A stretch of DNA of 63,936 nt, filler included, from Octopus bimaculoides (taxonomy: Eukaryota): the NCBI RefSeq assembly GCF_001194135.2. It is 7 parts of 5 records of this genome, joined end to end, with 100 filler letters (N's around TTAATTAATTAA, not from the genome) between each part and the next. Parts side by side here need not be neighbours in the genome. Positions count along the whole stretch, not along the records: positions 51,410 to 58,417 come from NC_068984.1; positions 58,518 to 61,340 come from NC_068984.1; positions 61,441 to 63,936 come from NC_068994.1; 4 more parts are not named here. One strand, 5' to 3'. How positions within the stretch are numbered: position 1 is the first letter of the stretch; the number at the start of each line of letters is the position of its first letter. The notes under the pieces are model-generated. The model worked only from the letters and a program-made list of their open reading frames with translations, searched no databases and had not been told where the DNA came from. The translations under genes and the position numbers were made by a program. Below are positions 51,693-62,967 of this stretch, in pieces.

Positions 51693-51925
51693 AGTCGGAA
51701 CTCTCCTCTTACAACAAAACAATATCCCACAATGCATTTGCAGTACCAGTGCTGATCCCAACATTTGGGACTCTTGATTGGTCTGAAGAGGAAATCCACT
51801 CCGTAGATATCAAAACGCGCAAAACCCTGACAACAACTGGGAACCTCCACAGAATCAGTGATGTTGATGGGCTTTACCAACACATGAATCTGGAAACCGA
51901 TCTGGTTACCTTGAAGATGTGATAG
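51693..51925 (+). pseudogene. R4/Dong-like RT thumb fragment
   Basis: LSSYNKTISHNAFAVPVLIPTFGTLDWSEEEIHSVDIKTRKTLT...HRISDVDGLY; homologous to 53870-54060. The 5' junction lies directly on (TACA)n. Confidence 0.85.
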
Positions 51926-52146
51926 TGAGAGTAAAACCAAAATAAAACCAAAAAAGGGTTTTTTTGTTGTTTTTCTTTTTAATAAGAGATTTTGCAATTG
52001 AATGAGGGGCTCTTTCTTGTTTTCTCCGATTCACTCCCACATCTTTTTGGTAGCCACGTCGGTTTTCGGCATATAGATTTGTTGATGCAGCCAAACATTT
52101 TGCATTTCCTGGGGAAAAAATCGACGTGCCCCTGCATGAAACTTAA

Positions 52147-52455
52147 GCAACAGGCGTGGCTGTGTAGTAAAAAGCTTGCTTCCCATATCACATGGGTCCC
52201 ACTGCGTGGCACCTTGGGCAAGTGTCTTCTACTATAGCCTCGGGTCAATCAATGCTTTGTGCATTCATTTAGTAGACGGAAACTGAAAGAAGACCGTAGT
52301 ATTTATGTCCCAATAAGTTAGCGGTTTGGCAAAAAGAAACCGATAGAGTAAGTACTCGGATTAAAAAATAGGTCTTGAGGTCGATATGTCCGACTAAAAC
52401 CCACCAAGACGGTGCCCCAGCATAGCCGCAGTCAATTGATAAAAGATAAAAGATA
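52147..52455 (+). mobile_element. SINE family A copy lacking the internal microsatellite
   Basis: Head and CORE-like part are joined directly (GAAAGAAGACCGTAGT/ATTTATGTCCC) to the 3' half. Confidence 0.85.
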
Positions 52456-52501
52456 AACCGTTCTGTCTTTGTTTTATCCAAAGCCATCTGTGGTTGAGCT
52501 T

Positions 52502-52963
52502 ATACTTTTTTACTCTTTTACTTGTTTCAGTCATTTGNNNNNNNNNNNNNNNNNNNNNNNNNNNNNNNNNNNNNNNNNNNNNNNNNNNNNNNNNNNNNNN
52601 NNNNNNNNNNNNNNNNNNNNNNNNNNNNNNNNNNNNNNNNNNNNNNNNNNNNNNNNNNNNNNNNNNNNNNNNNNNNNNNNNNNNNNNNNNNNNNNNNNNN
52701 NNNNNNNNNNNNNNNNNNNNNNNNNNNNNNNNNNNNNNNNNNNNNNNNNNNNNNNNNNNNNNNNNNNNNNNNNNNNNATATATATATATATACATATATA
52801 CGACGGGTTTCATTCAGTTTCCGTCTACTAAACCCACTCACAAGGCTTTGGTCGGCCCGAGGCTATAGTAGCAGACAGTTGCCCAAGGTGCCACGCAGTG
52901 GGACTGAACCCGGAACCATGTGGTTGGTAAGCAAACTACTTACCACACAGCCACTCCTGCGCC
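52502..52963 (-). mobile_element. SINE family A, full length (gap inside)
   Basis: Tail at 52502-52537 and head ending ...GCCACTCCTGCGCC at 52963. Confidence 0.9.
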
Positions 52964-52967
52964 TACT

Positions 52968-53142
52968 TATGTGTGTCTTTGTGCTTGGCCCCAATCCCCA
53001 ACCGCTTGACAACAACTTTTGGGTTGTTTACGTCCTCGTCACTTAGCAGTTCGACAAAAGAATCTGACACAATAAGTACAAATCTTTAAAAAATAGGGAC
53101 TGAGTCGATTTGTTCAACTAAACCCTTCAAGGTGGTGCCCCG
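52968..53142 (+). mobile_element. Older SINE family A 3' half
   Basis: CCGCTTGACAAC...GTTTACGTCCTCGTCACTTAGCAGTTCGACAAAAG...GAGTCGATTTG. Confidence 0.7.
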
Positions 53143-53160
53143 AAAATAAAAGGTATAGAA

Positions 53161-53724
53161 CAAGGCCAATTTTGAGGAGTGGGGTTATTCGATTCCATCG
53201 ACCCTTGTATTTGACTAGTACATTATTTTATGGACCCCGTAAATATGAAAGTGTGAAAGACAAAATTGATCTCGGCGGAAATCGAACTCAGAAAGTAAAC
53301 AGCCGGAAGAGATGCCACAATCATTTATTACGACTCTCTAACGAGTCTGAAAGCTCACCACTGTTAATAGTTTATGTTAAACGCAAGGCCAGCAGTTCTG
53401 AGGGGAGACGTTAATGCCATTGACACCAGCAACTTGACTGATACTTTATTTCGTCGACCCTAAAAAGATGAAAAACAAATTGACCTCGGCGCGAATTGAA
53501 CTCAGAACGCAAAGAGCTAAAAGAAATGCGCAAGACACTTATTCGGATGCTCTAACGAGTCTACGAGCTTCTCACTGTTAATGGTTTCTGTAAGGCATCA
53601 GGCTAGCAATTATGAGAGGGGTCAGTTAGTCAATGCCATCAATTCTAATACTTGACCGGTACTTTATTTTATCCACCCCGAATCTATGGAAGACAAGGCT
53701 AACCTCACAGGATATGAACTCAAA
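53161..53724 (-). repeat. Head-to-tail tandem array (about 2.6 units of about 220 bp) of a family C-like SINE
   Basis: Units start at 53161, 53384 and 53599. The first two contain CTCGGCG..ATTGAACTCAGAA and share the junction CTAACGAGTCT..AGCT..CACTGTTAAT.GTTT; the third is truncated. Confidence 0.75.
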
Positions 53725-53726
53725 AT

Positions 53727-54915
53727 GATTCGACTGTTTCCCCTGTATCTGACGAGGAATGTTACAGGTACCTAGGGGGGGGTGGATGGAAATATATCTT
53801 ACAATGGTACCTGTAATAAAACACGTGTCACTAAAGACTATTACAGCCGAATAAAGAACATTTGGACCTTAGAACTCTCTGCATTCAATAAAACAGTGGC
53901 CCCCAATATCTTTGTCGTGCCAGTACTCATACCGACATTTGGGTAGCTTGATTGGACGCTTGATGAGATCCGAGCGCCATTGATGTGAAAACCCGAAAAA
54001 TACTAACAAGCACACATAATTTCCACATAAACAGTGACGTAGACCGCCTCAACCTAAAACGAAAATAAGGCAGCAGAGGCTTAACATCGATCCAAAATGT
54101 CTTTGAATGTCGTTTCATATCCCTTTGGCAACATCTTTTAACCACCAAGTGTCGAAGTGCATCCTTTGACCAAGTTTGTATATATGAGACTGATAACATC
54201 ATAAGACTTGGCAGGCAGCTCCTTGAGCAACACTCTTTCTCTGATAACCTAGAATACATGCCCAAAGATATGCGTTTGCAATCCAGGAACAGGAAATATC
54301 AACCAAGTGCCTGATGCACAAAAGGGATAGTGATGCAGGAAAAGCAGTAAAATGTGACAACCGANNNNNNNNNNAAAGGGATAGTGATGCAGGAAAAGCA
54401 GTAAAATGTGACAACCGATGCAGACTTTGTGGAATTCACACTGAAGATATCACCCACATCATAAGCAGTTTTCAGAAAATGTCATCACGGTATAATCTAC
54501 CGATGAGACATGACGTTGTAGCTAGGACAATATATAATGAAATCCGTCAGAAGGATAATCCCGAGGACAAAGAATTAAGAACCCACAATATGGTAGAAGC
54601 CATAGCCACTTATTATAAGAAAGGAATATTGGTGGAATGTCCCAGTGAAGACGTCAATAAAATGTAAATATAACAGACATGATATAATGATTTTGGATGC
54701 TGAAGATCAAAAAAAGAAGAGAACTTCTATGCTGAACTATTGAGAAATCTGCAGTTACTCTATCCAGATTACAAGTTCAGGTTTATACCTGTAATTATTG
54801 GGGCCCTGAGATATGTAACACACTGCCTAAATTCTTATGAAGGAGCTTTGGATCTAGGTTAGAAGCTGGTTCTTTCTCTATTGGCAAGAAATCTTGAAAT
54901 AAAACTAAACACAGA
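53727..54915 (+). pseudogene. R4/Dong-like non-LTR retrotransposon, 5'-truncated (late RT, CCHC, RLE, 3' UTR)
   Basis: EECYRYLG, VPVLIPTFG.LDWTLDEIRAIDVKTRKILT...SDVDRL, CRLCGIHTEDITHIISS..KMSSRY.LPMRHDVVA and FIPVIIGA; followed by (CATA)n. Confidence 0.9.
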
Positions 54916-55594
54916 CATGCATTCATACATACATTCATAAATGCATACATGCATGCATACATACATACATACATACATACATACATACATACATACATAC
55001 ATACATACATACATACTGAACTTGGGATCTTGGGGAGAGAATGCAAATCTTTAATTCATATGCTATATATAATCACAGTACTCAGAACAATTAAAATCTG
55101 CAAGGCCTTCTCAAGATTTAAAGGATGACGGTTGAAACAAGATACTTTCCTTTACAACCTTGCTACCAAGCAGGTGACCGGTCAAAATTCATTCTACATT
55201 TCAAAAGAGAAAGAGAACATATGAAGAAATCCTCAGCTTCGATATCAGCATTAGTAAGGCACTAACAACCGCTAGTAAGATATACAACATCAGTAATATT
55301 GACAGTATCCATGTAAAATGGCGGGATGGAGACAGAGGTACAAAATCAGACCAGAACACCTTTGAATGCAGCGTCGTATCATTTTCCCTATAGGCATTGA
55401 AATGCGAAAATTCAATCTTGACATTAGCTCCTTGAATCTAACCAGTCTACGAGGCCCGGCAAAAATAGTGAATATTGATCTCTAAATTCTACACAAACGC
55501 GCGCGTAAGTGTGTGTACGCTTTCTCTTTAATTTAAAATATATTTTCACCCGTCACCTGCAACGTTGACTTGTAGATTTTTATAGTTCCTAATG

Positions 55595-55829
55595 CCGTAA
55601 TCTCTTGACTATTGTGGGTGTTATGTTCCAAAGACCCCCCCCCCCCGCGATAGGTGAAAATCCGCGAAGTAGAAACAGTACTATACTGTATGTTTCTTTT
55701 TTGGTTATTTTTGTAATTTGTATATATTTATTTTATTATAAATGCAAAACAAACAGCACCACGGAATAATCGACGAAAGCTTAAATGATAAACCGCGATG
55801 GGTGAACTGCGATATGTAAGAGATTACTG
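55595..55829. mobile_element. pogo/Tigger-like MITE
   Basis: TIRs CCGTAATCTCTT versus CAGTAATCTCTT (11/12), TA at the right flank, and internal CCGCGATAGGTGAA and ACCGCGATGGGTGAA motifs. Confidence 0.7.
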
Positions 55830-55844
55830 TATTGTGATCATTTG

Positions 55845-56365
55845 CTGTATGTATGTATGTATGTATGTATGCATGTATGTATGTATGTATGTATGTACGT
55901 ATGTGTGCGTGCGTGTATGTATGTATGTATGTATGTATGTATGTATGTATGTATGCATGTATGTATGCCTGTGTGTGTATGTATGTGTGTGTGTATGTAT
56001 GTATGTCTGTACGTATGTATGTATGTATGTATGTGTGCGTGTGTGCGTGCGTGTATGTATGTATGTATGTATGCCTGTGTGTGTATGTATGTTTATATGT
56101 ATGTATGTATGTATGTATGCATGTATGCGTGTGCATGTATGTATGGATGGATTCATGTATGAATGGATTCATGTATGTATGTTTGCATGTATGTATGTAT
56201 GTATGTATGTTTGCATGTATGCATGTATGTATGTATGTATGCATATGCATGTATGTATGGATGGATTCATGTATGTATGTGCGCATGTATGTATGTATGC
56301 ATGTATGTATGTATGTATGTATGTATGTATGTATGTATGTATGCATGTATGTATGTATGTATGTA
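55845..56365. repeat. Long degenerate (TATG)n microsatellite
   Basis: About 520 bp of TATG/TGTG/CATG variants; source of several spurious ORFs. Dozens of other (CA)n, (TA)n, (GA)n, (TATC)n and (TACA)n tracts occur throughout, for example 2940-3030, 3350-3540, 12191-12907 and 57070-57530. Confidence 0.97.
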
Positions 56366-56599
56366 ACTTATGCGGATCACAACTTTGGTAGTAGCTAGTT
56401 CAAAGTCATTGACAAACAACAGGAAATAAAGTTTAAGTGTACAAATTAGTTTAGGATACTCTGTGGAATTCATGCCTCTCCCGTGGACATTACTTTTTCT
56501 TTCATTTTATTTTTTCATTTCTTTCTTTCCTTTCTTTAATGAAGCAATAAATATATATTTTACAAAGAGGGAACGACGAAACGAAGTAGTAGATCGCCT

Positions 56600-56842
56600 A
56601 GTTAGTTTTGTCAGTCGTCGTTACCATTATCGGTTAGTTTAGACTATTGTCGGAATTGGTCAGACAGAAGTTGAAAAATTATAAACATTGCTGATTGCTG
56701 GAATACCTGGGTAGCGGCACTGGGCTGTGCCCTAAGCTGGCTAACCGTATTGGGTTAGTGTATCGAGTGCGCTGACTTAACGAAAAGGGAGATGTTCGAA
56801 TCAACATGAAGCTTAAAATACGGAAAACCTTTCGTGGTGAGT
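56600..56842 (+). promoter_or_regulatory. Candidate TSS region and first coding exon (MKLKIRKTFR, phase 1)
   Basis: A non-repetitive, relatively CpG-rich island with an Inr-like TCAGTC near 56604, TCAAC-ATG at 56806 and a consensus GTGAGT donor at 56837-56842. Confidence 0.3.
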
Positions 56843-57134
56843 TGACGCTGGTTTGACATCTGTTACTTGTCTGGTATATTTTGATTAGTTCAAGGCTGTA
56901 CTGTGTTACGTTTGTAGAGATAGTAGTAGTAGTAATAATAGTTTGGTTATAATTATTATTATTATTATTAATATAGTCACTTCGCTCGTATTAAGCTGTG
57001 ATGTAATAATGTATTTCACTCGCTGATTCGTTTAAGGACAATGTTCGATGTCTTGTTTGCTTGTTTTCTTCCATTTCTACTCTCTCTCTCTCTTTCTCTC
57101 TCCCTCTCTCTCTATCTCTATCTATCTATCTCAG

Positions 57135-57176
<42 letters not shown>

Positions 57177-57470
57177 CGTTTCACACACTAATATATATAT
57201 ATATATAAAGAGAAAGATATATATATATATATATAAATAAAGAGAAAGATACATATATATATATATATATATGTGTGTATATGTATATATATATATACAC
57301 ACATACACACACATACATATACACAAATGTATGTAGTTAGGTATGTGTATATGTATGTGAATGTATGTCTGTATGTATGTGTATGTGTAAGTGTTTAATG
57401 TTTGTATGTATGAATGTGTCCATGCACGCATTTGTATATGTGTGCATATGTGTGTGTATGTGTATGTGTG

Positions 57471-57527
<57 letters not shown>

Positions 57528-57770
57528 ATCTGCATGTCTAGTCATGATTAGTTTGTCTATCTATCGCGTTGCCTTTGCTTGTCTGTCTATCTTGTTTTAT
57601 CCGAGTTTGTCACTGTATTTTGTTAGTCCATCTGTCTATCCTGTGAGTGTGTCTTTCTATTTATGTTTGTCTGCGCTTATTTATCTTTTTCTATCTATTC
57701 ACCCATCCATCTGTGTCTCTATCTGACTAGTTATCAATCAATCTATCAATCTATGTCTGACCAGCTTTCA

Positions 57771-57837
<67 letters not shown>

Positions 57838-58050
57838 AAGATGTCTATCCAGTTACTTGTCAGCAATCCTGACGTATTTAAGTATGTGTATTTCGCCAAT
57901 TGTATTAGTGTATCTGTTTGTCCCTATGTACCTATATGTGTCTGTCTCTTCCTGTCTATCTTTCTCTCTGTCCGTCCATCGTGCACATCAGAGAAGGAAG
58001 GAAAGAAAAGAGACAGACAGGTAGACAGGCAGATAGACAGACAGACAGAC

Positions 58051-58101
<51 letters not shown>

Positions 58102-58106
58102 CAGGA

Positions 58107-58172
<66 letters not shown>

Positions 58173-58641
58173 GAAGGAAGGAAGGAAGAGAGGGGATGAG
58201 TATGCGCGAGAAAGAGATTAGCTGGGCAGTACGTTTAGGCCAACAGGATTAAACCCCACCCCCACCCCATATCAATCCTCACTATCTCCACACATCCTCA
58301 CAGTCTCCAGTGCCACAGTTGTTTAACCCGCTACATACTGTATCAGCTCTTGGCATTGCTACCTGTCAACAAATTTAGCTGTTTATTATTAACCTCTGCA
58401 CAGATGTCCCCCCCCCCNNNNNNNNNNNNNNNNNNNNNNNNNNNNNNNNNNNNNNNNNNNNTTAATTAATTAANNNNNNNNNNNNNNNNNNNNNNNNNNN
58501 NNNNNNNNNNNNNNNNNTGAATAATAATTTTTTGAAAAATTATTGAAAAATTAAATTTTGGTAAATTTAAAAGAAAAGTCTTTTTAAAGACATATTTGTA
58601 TAGTATTCAAATAACAGGGGCATTTTTCTTGTTTCTGCCTG

Positions 58642-58692
58642 TCTCTGTTTCACTTGTTAACTCTTGACAAGAGTTAACAAGTGAAACAGAGA
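58642..58692. repeat. Perfect 25-bp inverted repeat with a 1-nt centre
   Basis: TCTCTGTTTCACTTGTTAACTCTTG-A-CAAGAGTTAACAAGTGAAACAGAGA. Confidence 0.97.
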
Positions 58693-58744
58693 TATATTTG
58701 GTAAATTTATGTATGCATGTATATATTTATGAGGATGCATGACC

Positions 58745-58935
58745 TATTAGCTAGGCTGTTGCTCTCACGTCTTGGTTTCAATTCCTGGGCTGAGTGGCGC
58801 GTTGTATACTCACGTTGCTCTGCAACTATTTCGACACTTGACGTGTGGTATACCGTGCACCTGTCCAGGCAACGACGATTTGATGGAAGGGGTGAACGAA
58901 TGTAAAGCACAAAACATTTGATCGCTTTAAAATCA
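58745..58935 (+). mobile_element. Degraded tRNA/CORE-like SINE relic
   Basis: GGTTTCAATTCC B-box-like motif followed by CACGTTGCTCTG, similar to family D. Confidence 0.4.
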
Positions 58936-59315
58936 TATTTGTGCAGGTTGTTCAGCAAGAAATTGGCGAACTGTATTTCTCAGACTACGAGAGACTACCA
59001 TCCTGTGTTTATATATATATATATATNNNNNNNNNNNNNNNNNNNNNNNNNNNNNNNNNNNNNNNNNNNNNNNNNNNNNNNNNNNNNNNNNNNNNNNNNN
59101 NNNNNNNNNNNNNNNNNNNNNNNNNNNNNNNNNNNNNNNNNNNNNNNNNNNNNNNNNNNNNNNNNNNNNNNNNNNNNNNNNNNNNNNNNNNNNNNNNNNN
59201 NNNNNNNNNNNNNNNNNNNNNNNNNNNNNNNNNNNNNNNNNNNNNNNNNNNNNNNNNNNNNNNNNNNNNNNNNNNNNNNNNNNNNNNNNNNNNNNNNNNT
59301 ATATATGTATGTATA

Positions 59316-59352
<37 letters not shown>

Positions 59353-59438
59353 GTGTGTGGGTGCGCGCGCGGGTGTGTACGTGTATATGTATTTATACAT
59401 ATGTAAATTTGTGTAATTATCTCTCAAGCTGATATACG

Positions 59439-60446
59439 CAGGTATGACAGAAGTAAATAGACACCCCATAAAACATCGTTTTATGTTATTTTAAACATGA
59501 ACAAGTTTATATTTTTCATTGACATCTTTATGTTTCAGGTTCTTTATGTGACTATTTAATCATACCACGTGCAAAAGAAGCTTTAAAACTGTCTGAATTT
59601 CAAAGGGGCTGTAGTGTCAGTCGATCTGAAGGTGGGCTTCGTTTAGAAATGTAGAAAACATTGGGATCCTGTTCTATACTGTATTTTTACAGCTTTCTAC
59701 AGCTTTCTACGGAGTGTTTGTGCAGTTCATCAGAGAGGGGAAGGAGCCCACATCAACCAGGGCTCTCTGACAGGACCCTTCGCTTTAATAAGATAAGTGT
59801 GGAGGATAATCCTCTTTACAAGGCTTCTGACATAGAACAAGTTAATGACAGTCCTGGAACAGCTGTCAGGTATCTCCACAAACTTGGTTACTATGGCAGA
59901 GCAGCAAGAAGGATGCAAACTTCTTCAGCCATCCGATATCAAGCGGAGAAAAGACTAGGTCTGTGAGATGGCGGAGAGGCCACTAGCATTTTGGGATACT
60001 GTCATATTCTCTGATGAGTCCAGATTTGCCGTATTTCCTGACAGAGGTCGAGTGTGGGTCTCGCTGTAGCTATTCTTTGATGGTCTAGGGAGCAATTTGG
60101 AGCAATGGTCGATCAGAGCTGATGGAGTGTGAAGGAAACATAAACTCAAATAAATGTGTGTCCATATTGCAGACGGACTCCTTCCAATCTTCTCCAGTGG
60201 TGAAATGATTAAAGACTATTTCACACGGCTAAAAAGACCGAAGATTGGTTGGAAGAGAATGGCATTAAAAATTTTCCATGGCGCAGGAGTGGCTGTGTGG
60301 TAAGTAGCTTGCTTACCAACCACATGGTCCCGGGTTCAGTCCCACTGCGTGGCACCTTGGGCAAGTGTTTTCTACTATAGTCTCGGGCCGACGAAAGCCT
60401 TGTAAGTGGATTTGGTAGACGAAAACTGGAAAAAGCCCGTCGTATG

Positions 60447-60490
<44 letters not shown>

Positions 60491-61022
60491 TGTATGTGTG
60501 TGTTTGTGTGTCTGTTTGTCCCCCCCAGCATTGCTTGACAACCGATGCTGGTGTATTTACGTCCCCATAACTTAGCGGTTCGGCAAAAGAAACTGATAGA
60601 ATAAGTACTAGGCTTACAGAGAATAAGCTCTGGGGTCGATTTGCTCGACTATAAATGCGGTGCTCCAGCATGGCCGCAGTCAAATGACTGAAACAAGTAA
60701 AAAGGTAAAAGAGTAAAGAGTAAGCCAGTCACCAGATATGAACACTATTGAACACCTATGGGACATAACGGACAGGACACTTCATAAAAAGAACAAGAAC
60801 GCATCCTCAAAGCCACATCTTTTGAGATTACTGCATGAAACTTGACAAGAAATTCCTTAAGGGAATATTTGTCATCTGATCAGTAGCATGCCTAATAGGG
60901 TCCTTGCATTGATAAATGCAAAGGGCAGATCTGCTAAATATTAGATATTCATAAACAATTTGAATGTATAATTTCAGATTTAAATAAATTTTAACGATTT
61001 CTATTTACTTCTGTCATGTCTG
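59439..61022 (+). mobile_element. Near full-length Tc1 element (decayed transposase), interrupted by a SINE
   Basis: TIRs CAGGTATGACAGAAGTAAATAG and CAGACATGACAGAAGTAAATAG with TA on the right. Motifs VIFSDESRF, HTAKKT..WL and W/SQSPDMNTIEHLW are present; the second-D region is deleted. Confidence 0.92.
60280..60722 (+). mobile_element. SINE family A, full length
   Basis: GGCGCAGGAGTGGCTGTGTGGTAAG...GGGTTCAGTCCC head through the (GTAAAA)n-like tail. Confidence 0.95.
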
Positions 61023-61679
61023 TATATATACGCATATACATACCTACAAGGCGACTCGTCGATGTCCAGCAAAAACATTAGCAGAGAATTTTAAAAAAGA
61101 TTTCTCGTTGTGTTATTGGCCTTTTCATTCCAAATGTTGGGATAATAATAATGAATTAATTTACCATTTTAATAACACATTTTTCTATTCTTAAAATATT
61201 AATGGATCCATAGATTGGAAATAACATGTATGTATTCTAGTAAAAGCTTCCCAAATAACGAGTGCCTCAGTTGCTGGTCAACGTTAGGTACCATTCTACT
61301 ATACACTACATATATATGCATATATATATATATATATATANNNNNNNNNNNNNNNNNNNNNNNNNNNNNNNNNNNNNNNNNNNNTTAATTAATTAANNNN
61401 NNNNNNNNNNNNNNNNNNNNNNNNNNNNNNNNNNNNNNNNATATATATCTACATATGTTCGGCCGATTGGGGTCGACGAGCTATTATGATTTCGGTGAAT
61501 GTTGTAGTGGTGCCGAAACTCACGTTGAACCGTTGTGACAGACTCGTTATTCTTCACTTAACTGTCGTAGGCAAACACGTGATGTTCTATCGTCCACAGC
61601 GTCATGACGTCAACTGAAAAGAAAAAAAATGACTAAGGACTGAATTGCACCTGTCTGCCATACGTCCTTTCCTCTGGGA

Positions 61680-62596
61680 ACGAGTAGTAGCCATTTCAAA
61701 AATGTCCGTCCTCTCTAAGCATTTCACCTGAGCGGAATCGTTGTCGTCGGACAGAACAACAAATTGCTGTTGTACGAGACAATGTCACTCTTAGTCCTGG
61801 AAAATCGATTCGCCGACGTTCGCAGCAGATGGGTATCTCAACCACTCCATATGCATGCACACAAAATTCAACTTACGCAGCATCACCAGTCTCCTAACCA
61901 CGGAAGGCGGAGGAAATTTGCTGACTTGATTGTGGTGAGACTTGCAGCTGAGGAGAATTTTGCAAAGAAAATCATCTTCAGTGATGAGGCCCACTTCCAC
62001 TTGAGTGGATTTGTCAATAAACAGAACTGCTGGATTTGGAGAAATGAAAATCCTCAAATAATGCCAGAGTGTGAAATGCATCCACTGAAAGCGACCGTGT
62101 GGGGTGGATTTTGGTAGAGGCTTGGACCGTTCTTCTTTGAAAATGATGAGGGGAATGCAGTTACCATTAATTGAGATCGTTACCGAGACATAATATCCAC
62201 TCAGTTATGGCTGAACTTTGAAGATACCGAGATTGACAACCACTGGTTTCAGCAGGATAGAGCAAACTGTCACACTTCGCTCCCAACGCTTGCATTGCAC
62301 CACGAAAAATTTCCGCAACGAATGATATCCTTGCATGGTGACCAGCGATGTCCACCAAGGCTGAAATCAGGTGAGTGATTGGAGACATCGGGTCACATAT
62401 CTGTGAGGGAGTTATCGGAAATTTCGAGGAGTACCTAAATGTATGCAGACTCAGTGTAGGTGGACATATGACCGACGTTATGTTCCATACCTAAATGGGA
62501 GATATAACTCATTAGAAATAGGCAGAATATAACCTTGCTTATAAGAATTCGTTTTAATTATTCAACTTTCAAATTCGGCGCTCTTTATGGAACACC

Positions 62597-62599
<3 letters not shown>
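61680..62599 (+). mobile_element. DD41D (rosa/Visitor)-like Tc1/mariner element, 3' TIR present
   Basis: RTEQQIAVVRDNV..SPGKSIRRRSQQMGIS, KIIFSDEAHFHLSGFVNKQNC, GPFFFEN, WFQQD and CPPR, followed by a deletion. The terminus is ...ATGGAACACCCTG. Confidence 0.85.
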
Positions 62600-62628
<29 letters not shown>

Positions 62629-62896
62629 NNNNNNNNNNNNNNNNNNNNNNNNNNNNNNNNNNNNNNNNNNNNNNNNNNNNNNNNNNNNNNNNNNNNNNNN
62701 NNNNNNNNNNNNNNNNNNNNNNNNNNNNNNNNNNNNNNNNNNNNNNNNNNNNNNNNNNNNNNNNNNNNNNNNNNNNNNNNNNNNNNNNNNNNNNNNNNNN
62801 NNNNNNNNNNNNNNNNNNNNNNNNNNNNNNNNNNNNNNNNNNNNNNNNNNNNNNNNNNNNNNNNNNNNNNNNNNNNNNNNNNNNNNNNNNNNNNNA

Positions 62897-62950
62897 ATTC
62901 TCCAGCATGGCCATAGTAAAATGATTGAAACAAGTAAAAGAAGAAAAGAA
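62897..62950 (+). mobile_element. SINE family A tail (rest in gap)
   Basis: CTCCAGCATGGCC...TGATTGAAACAAGTAAAAG. Confidence 0.8.
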
Positions 62951-62967
62951 TATCTATCTATCTATCT

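Noticed and set aside
51930-52140. ICRKPTW on the minus strand as a Penelope RT motif (YRKPT)
   Set aside because: The upstream FLD motif and downstream context are missing; too weak.
53161-53724. CRISPR-like or bacterial repeat array
   Set aside because: Units are about 220-bp SINE derivatives in eukaryotic DNA; no constant short repeat with unique spacers and no cas genes anywhere in the window.
54321-54418. Exact 44-bp direct repeat inside the R4-like ORF
   Set aside because: It flanks a 10-N gap and is an unmerged contig overlap. The same applies to 30520-30680.
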